This document shows, one piece after another, positions 9,308 to 17,191 of a stretch of DNA of 32,000 nucleotides. The stretch lies in NCBI RefSeq assembly GCF_004376175.1, contig NZ_SNUY01000014.1, positions 30,001-62,000 of the forward strand, written 5' to 3'. The notes under the pieces were generated by a model, which saw only the letters and a list, made by a program, of their open reading frames with translations, made no database searches and was not told the DNA's origin. Position 1 is the first letter of the stretch, and each line of letters starts with the position of its first letter. Position numbers and translations under genes: made by a program. This DNA is from Halalkalibacterium halodurans. GTDB taxonomy: Bacteria; Bacillota; Bacilli; Bacillales; Bacillaceae_D.

Positions 9308-11135
9308 TGTCAAAAGTTCTATGAAAACTCACTAGGCATTCAGTTCTTTTCTCTTTTGTGGGTGGAGGAGCCCCGCAATCGCTCTTGACAAACACGCCAA
9401 TGGTTTTGACTAAGGCTAAACAAGGGCGAAGGGGACAAAAGAAGGCATACCAAATAGCCCTTGGTTATTTCCATTTTAAACCATTGGCAAGTTCGGTTTG
9501 TCAAGAGTTCGCTACGCCGATTGCTGATGTTAGGGCTCAGCTAAACAAAAGCTAGGCAGTCTGATCAATCAACCATTGTTGAGCTAAGTCAATCAGCTTG
9601 GTCCAGCGTGCTGGCATGTTTGGAAGTTGTTCTAACTCTGGAATGAGAACAGGAACTTTACCTTCCAAGGCTGAATGCGGTCTTAGAAAGTTGAAGTAAG
9701 CCACAAATAAGGTCACAAATGATACGGATCCTTGTTCTGACCCGAATCCGTGAGTGGATCGGTAGTTGCCTTTAAAGGTTCGATTCAGTCTCTCAATAAT
9801 CTGTTTTAGCGGTCTATATTCCTTGGAGACTTCATCTTCATTGGTTAAGCCGATGACTTGTATTACGTCAAATGGAATCTCATGTTGGGAAAAGAAATGC
9901 TGTGCTAACAAGTAGATTGGGTTTCCATCGACAACGAATGTAAGGTTCTCAGGAATCTCTTTCAGCTTAAGTAATACTTCGTCAATCGCTCGAATGGCGG
10001 TCGCTGTGTCTCGATTTGGTGAGACAGGGTATGAGAGAATCACCTTTTTCACCGCATCAAAAAAGAAAAACAGATAGTGCCAACGACCATTCACACGGAT
10101 ATACGTTTCGTCACCACAGAATTGATCTGAAAGCTCATAAGGGTAGTGGTCGACGTAAGGCTTAAGCGTAAGTGCTACACTGTTTTCGTAGTTTAAAATG
10201 CTTTGGTGAGAAATGGATACACCATGAATATCTTTCATCAGTGCAGCTGTTTTACGAGCGGATAGCCCGTAATTCACGTGATACGTCAGAATGAGTCCAA
10301 GTGTATGTGGAGACACATAAAGCCTTGATAAATCGACTTTTGGCTTCTTGGGTGAATGTTTCGCTAACGGTTGATAGTCAATGTGAAACTGGCGGTAAAT
10401 ATACCGCATTTTAAAGGCTTGAGGGTCTTCTTTGAACCGTTTTTTCTCTTTTTGTGACATTCTACTCAATTTCTTTTGGTAGTAGGAACAGTCATTGTTT
10501 TTACACTTAAACACATTAAAGTCTTTTCTTTCCTTGATTTTTTCAAGAGTCTTGGCACAGTGAGGGCACTTAAGGATGGCCTCTTTGAGATAGCGGCTTT
10601 TTTGATTAAAAAGACAGGAACACACCTTACATTGAAACTGTCCTTTCCCTCCATTATTGGCATACAAATACTCGGATGGAGCACCACACTTTGGACATTT
10701 CATTGACGCAGGAACAGGTGTTGAATTAGAACGTCTCTGTACCGGTTTAAGAGGCTTTCCATTCGCCGCCAGATGCTCAGTTAATAACTGTTTAAAATCA
10801 AGTTTTTCTGGTACTTCAATGATCGGCAGATCGTCGACTTGAAGTTTCCGATAAGGTTTGTTCACTGGCGCTTCTATTGGCTTATCAAACATGCTTTTCC
10901 CAATCAGTAGGGTAAGCAACGTTCGAATCATTTGTTCTTGATAGTTTATTAACATAAGTAAATAGGTTATAATTTGAGGTAACAACTTGTCACATCCTTT
11001 TTTCTTAAGGGGATTGATGTCGTGTGGTTACCTCATCAATACCTTAGAATTCAGGGGGGTGGCAAGTTTTTTGCTTATAAAGCCCTCTAATATAGGATTT
11101 ATTAACCTATTTCTATATAAAGTTTTGACAATACG
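9303..11135 (-). mobile_element. IS6-family insertion sequence (about 1.83 kb) with long zinc-finger transposase
   Basis: Terminal inverted repeats: GGTAATGTCAAAAGTT (9303-9318) against the reverse complement of 11120-11135, CGTATTGTCAAAACTT (13 of 16 match). It is flanked by the 8-bp direct repeat CGCTCATG and has a single DDE transposase ORF. Confidence 0.78.
9552..10985 (-). CDS. IS6-family (IS240/IS26-like DDE) transposase with N-terminal multi-CxxC zinc-finger extension
   Basis: The catalytic core GDETYIRVNGRWHYLFFFFDAVKKVILSYPVSPNRDTATAIRAI ... IERLNRTFKGNYRSTHGF resembles the DDE_Tnp_IS240 pattern. The N-terminus has CPKCG...CKVCSC and CPHCA...CKNNDC. Confidence 0.85.
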   Translation of the reverse strand: MLPQIITYLLMLINYQEQMIRTLLTLLIGKSMFDKPIEAPVNKPYRKLQVDDLPIIEVPEKLDFKQLLTEHLAANGKPLKPVQRRSNSTPVPASMKCPKCGAPSEYLYANNGGKGQFQCKVCSCLFNQKSRYLKEAILKCPHCAKTLEKIKERKDFNVFKCKNNDCSYYQKKLSRMSQKEKKRFKEDPQAFKMRYIYRQFHIDYQPLAKHSPKKPKVDLSRLYVSPHTLGLILTYHVNYGLSARKTAALMKDIHGVSISHQSILNYENSVALTLKPYVDHYPYELSDQFCGDETYIRVNGRWHYLFFFFDAVKKVILSYPVSPNRDTATAIRAIDEVLLKLKEIPENLTFVVDGNPIYLLAQHFFSQHEIPFDVIQVIGLTNEDEVSKEYRPLKQIIERLNRTFKGNYRSTHGFGSEQGSVSFVTLFVAYFNFLRPHSALEGKVPVLIPELEQLPNMPARWTKLIDLAQQWLIDQTA

Positions 11136-11143
11136 CGCTCATG
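11136..11143. repeat. Right copy of 8-bp target-site duplication CGCTCATG
   Basis: It is identical to 9295-9302. Confidence 0.75.
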
Positions 11144-11159
11144 TAGGGGGGATAGGCAG

Positions 11160-12632
11160 ATGATTCAAGCTCAAAACTTTGTTGGTGGTACTTGGAAGAG
11201 TGGAAGTGGTGAGAAAATACTAAACTATAATCCAGCTACAAGAGAGCCCGTTTCTGAAGCAAACTCCTCCTCTGAACAAGACGTTCAAGAGGCGGTTGTG
11301 AAAGCGGGAGCTGCATTTGAGCTATGGAGAAAGAAACCTGCACCTTTAAGAGGGGAATACCTTTATCAGATAGGAATGCTTTTAAAAGAAAGGAAGCAAA
11401 GAATTGCGCGACTAATATCACTTGAGGTAGGTAAAACGAAGGTTGAAGCAGAGGGGGAAGTACAGGAAGCAATAGATATGGCCTTCTATATGGCTGGAGA
11501 AGGACGGAGAATGTTTGGACATACGATTCCATCAGAGCTACCTGATAAATGGACAATGTCAGCACGAGAGCCTGTGGGAATCATCGGGGCAATAAGTGCA
11601 TTTAATTTTCCTGTAGCGGTCCCTTCGTGGAAAATACTCCCATCCCTTATACTTGGAAATACAGTCGTATGGAAGCCGTCTCCTGAGACACCAGCAACTG
11701 CTACAGAATTTACCAGATGTTTTGAGGATGCAGGCCTACCTCCAGGAGTATTTAATCTAATACTAGGGGATGCTCAGCCAGGTCAATTTCTTGTTGAGGA
11801 GCCGAGAGTGGCACATATATCATTTACAGGCTCAACAGAAACGGGAAAAGTGGTTTACGAGAGTGCTGCAAAACAGCTCAAACGAGTCTCTCTAGAACTA
11901 GGGGGAAAGAATGCGATTATTGTGCTTAAGGATGCCAACCTGGAGCTTGCAGCCGAAGGAATTGTTTGGGCTGCGTTTGGTACAAGTGGTCAACGTTGTA
12001 CAGCTGCAAGCAGAGTAATAATCGAAGAAGGCATATACGATCAATTATTACAAAGAATATTGCAGATCACCTCCCAGCTCAATATTGGTGATGTAAGAGA
12101 TGAAAATGTTGATGTTGGACCACTGATTAATGAAAATAGTATCGAAAAGGTAGAGGCTTATATTAAACGAGCTGTCGAAGAAAACATCAAGGTTCATTGT
12201 GGTGGAAAAAGACTAGAAGGGCTTCCGGGTCATTTCTTCGCCCCAACAGTATTAGGTCCTGTTGACCCAACGAGCCCACTCGCCAAGGAAGAGATATTCG
12301 GTCCTGTACTATGCTTGATCAAAGCACAGGGGTTAGATGAGGCAATTAAAATCAATAACTCGGTAAGCTATGGGTTATCCACAGCCGTATTTACTAGGAA
12401 CGTTAATCATGCTTTCACAGGGATAAAAGGGATTGATACAGGCATCGTATACGTTAATCACGGAACGACTGGTGCAGAAATTCAGTTACCATTTGGAGGA
12501 ACAAAAGATACAGGTAATGGTATGCGTGAGGCGGGACAAGCCGCACTTGATGCATTTAGTGAATGGAAAACGATATATATTGACTACAGCGATAAACTGC
12601 AGCGAGCACAAATAGATACAGATCTACTTTAA
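11160..12632 (+). CDS. NAD(P)+-dependent aldehyde dehydrogenase
   Basis: The 490-aa product has VWKPSPETP, the general base in LELGGKNA, catalytic Cys in GTSGQRCTAAS and EEIFGPV. SD GGGGGGA lies upstream of the ATG. Confidence 0.9.
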   Translation: MIQAQNFVGGTWKSGSGEKILNYNPATREPVSEANSSSEQDVQEAVVKAGAAFELWRKKPAPLRGEYLYQIGMLLKERKQRIARLISLEVGKTKVEAEGEVQEAIDMAFYMAGEGRRMFGHTIPSELPDKWTMSAREPVGIIGAISAFNFPVAVPSWKILPSLILGNTVVWKPSPETPATATEFTRCFEDAGLPPGVFNLILGDAQPGQFLVEEPRVAHISFTGSTETGKVVYESAAKQLKRVSLELGGKNAIIVLKDANLELAAEGIVWAAFGTSGQRCTAASRVIIEEGIYDQLLQRILQITSQLNIGDVRDENVDVGPLINENSIEKVEAYIKRAVEENIKVHCGGKRLEGLPGHFFAPTVLGPVDPTSPLAKEEIFGPVLCLIKAQGLDEAIKINNSVSYGLSTAVFTRNVNHAFTGIKGIDTGIVYVNHGTTGAEIQLPFGGTKDTGNGMREAGQAALDAFSEWKTIYIDYSDKLQRAQIDTDLL

Positions 12633-12950
12633 GGCTATGATTTCTAAGAATCACTTGGAACGTAGCTTTCGAAGGGGAGAAAAAGACTTGATTATCTCCA
12701 ATCAAATCATTTATCCATCTTGCAACAACGAATACGGTAAGCTTGAAAAAAGTGATCGTATGTCCACCAAAGTATTTAAGAATCGAAGAAATTATTAATG
12801 AAACTCAGCGTTACTATCAAAGTAAAAACAACCTCTTAAAGAGTCGGAAAGCGATGAAACAGTATCATCAGTTTTTTTAGAGGTACCAAAATGAGGTAGA
12901 GGTTATATGCACATAACCCCTGTCAAGTAGACAATGAAAAAAAGAGTATT

Positions 12951-13030
12951 TTAAGCTGCGGCCTTTTCTCGGTATTCAATCGGGGAAAGGCCTTTAAATT
13001 TGGCTCTACAATAAATGTTGGGGTTTTCGC
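12951..13030 (-). pseudogene. 3'-terminal remnant of an IS3-family transposase (OrfB C-terminus)
   Basis: The minus-strand translation ends ...NIYCRAKFKGLSPIEYREKAAA*, matching the conserved IS3 integrase-core tail (YN..R...L.g.SP.eYr). No upstream catalytic region is present. Confidence 0.5.
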
Positions 13031-13119
13031 TCAAAAGAGGAAAAAAATGCACACAGGCTCCTTTATCCATTATCCTTGAATTGCCTAGAAACAAAGAAAG
13101 GATAGGAGCTGCGTGTACG

Positions 13120-13440
13120 ATGAATTTTACCATGGATTTGCCCGGATTAAAAGGTGTGAAGGTCACAAAGATGGAGGAACGAGAGGACTATATCGCACTC
13201 CATTTAGAAATGCCGCGAACGCCTCATTGTTGCCATCCTGTGGGAGAGAACCGAAAGAATTCATAATAATCGTATTCAAAAAGTTCAATCTCAAGCTCTT
13301 TGAACGGCGGATGTATCTCTATTCTTATCGAAAGCGCCGGTACGCGTGGTAGATGCGGAAAGCGGTTTATGTTGATATCGTATCTGGGAAACCGTTGTTT
13401 AGCTCTAAGGATAAGATGCTGGCTACGGTTGGCCAAGCTT
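13120..13440 (+). pseudogene. Frameshifted 5' fragment of an ISL3-family transposase
   Basis: MNFTMDLPGLKGVKVTKMEEREDYIALHLEMPRTPHCCHP.GE is followed, in another frame, by KFNLKLFERRMYLYSYRKRRYA and then a stop before CGKRF. This is the ISL3 N-terminal zinc-finger region, broken by stops and frameshifts. Confidence 0.55.
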
Positions 13441-13865
13441 TACCAAACCAATCGATGAAGAAGAAATTATTCAAAAAGAAGATCGTAGTCACGGAATGAT
13501 TCGGGCTTAGGTGCGAAGTAAGCAGGCGGATTCTTATTTAGGTACGTATTTCCAGATGGCCCTGGACCGAACGGTCTAAGTACTGCATTTTAACTCGGAT
13601 GCCTCCAAAGGCTGACCTTGAGAAAGAAGGATACGGAAAGTACAAAGAATTAATTAGAACACTTGGCGGTATGCCAAGTGTTCATGCGAAAAGTATCGAT
13701 TTCTGGCACTTTGCCCTTTTACAGAAGTGATATAAGAAATAATTCAGACTATAACCGATACTAAATCCGATCATCGGGTAACACGTAACGATTATACGTT
13801 CCAATCGGTTCGGAAAGTTAAGAAAGCGCTAACGATCCAGTAGAAATAATCATCCTATGAGAGCC

Positions 13866-14549
13866 TTAAAAGGCTGTAACAATTGTTTCCAAGGAAATTC
13901 GCTGAACACTTTTTGGGAAGTGTGGATGGCTCTGACATACAGCTAATTTATATTGTGGATCAACTTCATATTGCCTAAAATAGGCAGGTATCTGCTCTTG
14001 AACTGAACTGAAATATACCTGACTATTTATGACTCTGCAGCTAAACGAATTGAGTGGAATAGAAAGCCCTTTTCCTACCATTTTAATATAGCTTTCTTTG
14101 AGTGACCATAAATCATAGAAATAGGATTGCTTAGCTTTGCCTGTTTTCTCTTCTAGATCCCGAATCTCTGATTCCGAAAAAAAGCGCTCTGCAATCTCAA
14201 ATTCAATCGGCCGGACTTGTTCTATATCTATGCCAACTGGTTGATCATCAGTAGCACAGACTACCCAATTTCCGGAATGTGAAATGTTGAAATGGAACGA
14301 TGGCAGCCCTTTGACGAAAGGCTTTCCGTATGTATTGGTTTCGAACTGAATTTGGTCATTAGATATTTGAAGTTCCGTACGGATGATCTTTCGTACCAGC
14401 AGATCCGCCACTAAGCTCCGCAACGCATCTTCACGAAAAACGAATCGTTGAATTGTTTTTTGTTTCTCTTCGGAGAGCTCGGATAGCAAACGATGATATT
14501 GTCCTTCTGTAACATTGTAGTCTAATTGAATTGCATAAATACGGGACAT
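13866..14549 (-). CDS. sfp: Sfp-type 4'-phosphopantetheinyl transferase
   Basis: It is collinear with B. subtilis Sfp: YGKPF...FNISHSGNWVVCATDDQPVGIDIE ... WSLKESYIKMVGKGLSIPL. SD AGGAGG lies 6 nt before the ATG. Confidence 0.9.
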   Translation of the reverse strand: MSRIYAIQLDYNVTEGQYHRLLSELSEEKQKTIQRFVFREDALRSLVADLLVRKIIRTELQISNDQIQFETNTYGKPFVKGLPSFHFNISHSGNWVVCATDDQPVGIDIEQVRPIEFEIAERFFSESEIRDLEEKTGKAKQSYFYDLWSLKESYIKMVGKGLSIPLNSFSCRVINSQVYFSSVQEQIPAYFRQYEVDPQYKLAVCQSHPHFPKSVQRISLETIVTAF

Positions 14550-14924
14550 GGTTGCCTCCTAGTCTATTTGATCGAAAGACATTGTAAGGTGTCTGCACAC
14601 ATGAAGCGCCAAACACGCGTTGGGAGACGGCGCTTTAAGGCAAGTGTGGGTTTAGAATTAACAAGAAGCAAATATCATGATTACTTTATGCTATTTTATA
14701 ATAATATGAGGGAATAGCAGTATCAAATATAGTCATTCCCATAGGATTAAACACAAGGATCACATCTACGACGAAAAACGTTTTAAGGGTTGATGGTGTA
14801 TTTGTGCATTTTTTACTCACGGATTTAGGTACTTTATTAAAACACCCGATTGTTGAACAGGGGTTACCTCACCAATTGGTATCCTAATAAAAGGCTGAAT
14901 ATCGGAACAATCACAGGGGCATGA

Positions 14925-15512
14925 TCATGTTGCGTTTGCTCGCTCCATGATTTCTTGGACAATTGAGCTTTTAGCATCTGCGTAGTGTTGCACTTGTCGC
15001 CATTCATGCTGAGCAAGTTTGCGTTTAACACGAGCGTAGTTGTCCCGGTCTGAATTGTTGGCCCGTAACCAATCTCGGAAGCGCAACATTCGATCAATCT
15101 CGGATGTTCCTTTGCTGAATACGTGTAGGTTGATGTCTGTATCAGGTCCTTTGAAAACACGGTGCTCAAACCAATCAGGTTCACGAATACGTAACGTATA
15201 GCCGACTTTCTCTAAGTCGGGAACATAGGTCGTTTCGTCAGCAGAATCAGTCACAACGAGTAGGATATCAATGATGGGCTTAGCACACAGTCCCGGCACT
15301 GAAGTTGATCCTACGTGTTCCACTTGTAATGCCTTGTTGCCAAGTACTGAACGTATTCGTTTAGCTTCTCGGTCGAATAGTTTAGGCCAACGTGGATCAT
15401 ATTCCAAGAGAGTAATGGAGGCATTATGAGGCTTAAGCTCTCCAACCGTAACCTCTTGGAGTTCTTCATCAGTTCTAGGCGTTGAATTTGAACTATCCTT
15501 CATTGGTGGCAT
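14925..15512 (-). CDS. GrpB-family (UPF0157) protein
   Basis: EHVGSTSVPGLCAKPIIDILLVV and a C-terminal FRDWLR....Y...K pattern. SD GAAGGAGG. Confidence 0.82.
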   Translation of the reverse strand: MPPMKDSSNSTPRTDEELQEVTVGELKPHNASITLLEYDPRWPKLFDREAKRIRSVLGNKALQVEHVGSTSVPGLCAKPIIDILLVVTDSADETTYVPDLEKVGYTLRIREPDWFEHRVFKGPDTDINLHVFSKGTSEIDRMLRFRDWLRANNSDRDNYARVKRKLAQHEWRQVQHYADAKSSIVQEIMERANAT

Positions 15513-15539
15513 TTAAACGACCTCCTTCATGATTATGTT

Positions 15540-16517
15540 TTAGAAAGACTTTTGAAGTAACCCCTCCTTTTCTCCATTATATTTAGAAAGTAGTTCACGT
15601 AATGACTTTTTTATGAGAGTCACAAGTTGTACAGGCTGTTTGACAGTTGCGTCATGGCCGAACCCGATAAAATAGTAGGAGAAATAGGGAACCTCGCTTT
15701 CAGGGAAGGGACCTTCAAGCCAACCTGACCCATCTTGACGAATGTGTAGGTGAGGTTTCAGCCATTGTTCGGCAACACAACGTTGAACGCCGTCTTGTGA
15801 CAGTTCCACATAAAAATCGAGAACGTTTCTTTCTTGTTTCATATAGGACTGCCAATTCCCTAGATGAACATGCCGAAAGTTTAAAGGGTTGTTTGTTGTT
15901 TGCTCGGTTACATATGTGATCCGATCACAGCGAAAAAGACGCATGTCCTCTCGTAAAAAACAATAAGAAGGACAATACCAGAAACCATCTCGTGCATAGA
16001 CCCCAATCGGTTGGATTTCTCGTTTTGTCTTCTCCTGGCTCGTTTCATATTCGATGGATACTACGTTCTGTTTAATCGCTGCATCAAGCAAGGTTGGCAA
16101 ATACGGTGTAGCCAATGGTCTCATCGGGGTTTCAAAATCAAACCGATTTTTCAATTGATCGATCCGCTCTTTAACGTCTTCTGGCATGTACGAATAGAAC
16201 TTATGATTAACAGAGGAAGATTCCGCTTGGAATGGAAGGGCTGAAAAGTGGCGTAGGGCATGGACGGTAAAGAAGATGGCGACCGCTTCTTCCTCTGTAA
16301 ATGCAATAGGTGGCAGTACTCGCTCATTGAGTACTTCATAACCGCCATGAGGGCCTACCTCTGAATAGAAAGGCACTCCAAGCTCACTTAATTCCTGTAA
16401 ATCTCTTAAAATCGTTCGTGATGAAACACTAAATTCCTCGGCAAGTTCCTTCACTGTAAATCTCCGCTTTCGGTTGATAACCATCATTAGCTCCATGAGG
16501 CGTTTCGCTTTTGACAT
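15540..16517 (-). CDS. YafY-family transcriptional regulator (DeoR-type HTH + WYL domain)
   Basis: The N-terminus is FTVKELAEEFSVSSRTILRDLQELSELGVPFYSEVGPHGGY. The central WYL-like segment is ARDGFWYCPSYCFLREDMRLFRCDRI. It ends 27 nt upstream of the grpB-like start, so the two are probably an operon. Confidence 0.85.
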   Translation of the reverse strand: MSKAKRLMELMMVINRKRRFTVKELAEEFSVSSRTILRDLQELSELGVPFYSEVGPHGGYEVLNERVLPPIAFTEEEAVAIFFTVHALRHFSALPFQAESSSVNHKFYSYMPEDVKERIDQLKNRFDFETPMRPLATPYLPTLLDAAIKQNVVSIEYETSQEKTKREIQPIGVYARDGFWYCPSYCFLREDMRLFRCDRITYVTEQTTNNPLNFRHVHLGNWQSYMKQERNVLDFYVELSQDGVQRCVAEQWLKPHLHIRQDGSGWLEGPFPESEVPYFSYYFIGFGHDATVKQPVQLVTLIKKSLRELLSKYNGEKEGLLQKSF

Positions 16518-16544
16518 GATGTTCCCACCTTTTCTCCGTAACTA

Positions 16545-16559
16545 TGACAAGTTTTGTCA
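16545..16559. promoter_or_regulatory. Perfect palindrome TGACAA-GTT-TTGTCA in the divergent regulator / yjoA-like intergenic region (candidate operator)
   Basis: It is read directly from the sequence and lies 28 nt upstream of the regulator start codon on the other strand. Confidence 0.3.
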
Positions 16560-16671
16560 CTATTATATGCTAGACTTTACCTTGTGAACAGAAAAATGTC
16601 AGCTTGGTCGCTAAAGGAGGGCGGCTTTATAGAGGCTAAGCACATGTTTCAAAATAAAAGGAGGTCTCAGT

Positions 16672-17173
16672 ATGTATACGAAGGTGACACAATTTTTGCA
16701 AGAGTGGAAGGAAGAAGCATCGATAACGGAGAAAGTAATCGCAGCGTTAACAGATGAATCGTTAGATAAACGCTTTTCTGAAAACGGCCGGACGCTTAGA
16801 AGGTTGGCTTGGCATATATCACAAACGATACCCGAGTATTTAACGGAGTTTGGTTTTGAACTGGAAGAGGTGGAAATGCCAGCGAATATTCCAACAAAAG
16901 CGAAGGAAATAGCCGATTATTTTCGTATGGCTAGCAAGGCTGTCTCCCGCTCAGCAGAGCAGCGATGGACGGATGAATCGTTATCCTACGTCCAAGATGC
17001 CTGGGGGGGAACCGTTATCGAAAGCAGAGCTCCTCTCGCTTTTCATTAAGCATATGATTCATCATCGCGGACAGATGACCGTTCTTATGCGGCAAGCGGG
17101 GGTAAAGGTTCCTGGCTGTTACGGGCCTTCATTTGAAGAAGGACAAGAGATGGGTTTTATTCCGGAAGTGTAA
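16672..17173 (+). pseudogene. DinB-superfamily protein, YjoA-like, interrupted by a frameshift in a G7 run
   Basis: The N-part (16672-17049) and C-part (frame +1, ...PLSKAELLSLFIKHMIHHRGQMTVLMRQAGVKVPGCYGPSFEE) together align with B. subtilis YjoA. The frames switch at CTGGGGGGGAA (about 17001-17009). Removing one G gives ...DAWGEPLSKAELL... Confidence 0.8.
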
Positions 17174-17191
17174 GACGAAAGGAGACGAACG

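Noticed and set aside
9358-9555. 65-aa ORF in the non-coding arm of the IS6-family element.
   Set aside because: GTG start with no SD, a basic low-complexity product, and a position between the IS end and the transposase stop. The inverted-repeat structure of this arm explains the sequence better.
11125-11160. Outward-facing perfect -35 hexamer TTGACA (11125-11130) inside the right IR of the IS6-family element, as a possible hybrid promoter for the ALDH gene (as known for IS26/IS257).
   Set aside because: The hexamer 17 nt downstream reads GGGGAT, and no TATAAT-like element lies at 16-19 nt. Any transcript would also start at or after the ALDH SD, so a functional hybrid promoter is not supported.
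12633-12950. Possible gene remnant or small ORFs between the ALDH stop and the IS3 fragment.
   Set aside because: Stops occur in all frames within short distances, and no recognisable motif is present. I treated it as degraded intergenic or IS-flank sequence.
13440-13865. Short open frame ending ...MPPKADLEKEGYGKYKELIRTLGGMPSVHAKSIDFWHFALLQK* (about 13600-13730) and surrounding sequence.
   Set aside because: It is under 50 codons from any start with no SD, and I cannot match it to any family. It is possibly a gene fragment, but unsupported.
14864-15184. 106-aa minus-strand ORF overlapping the 3' end of the GrpB gene.
   Set aside because: It is out of frame with the GrpB ORF, which has clear family motifs and an SD, and no independent signal supports it.
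16554-16757. 67-aa ORF spanning the divergent promoter region and the start of the yjoA-like gene.
   Set aside because: It has no SD, and it overlaps the strongly supported start (AAGGAGG + ATG at 16672) in another frame.
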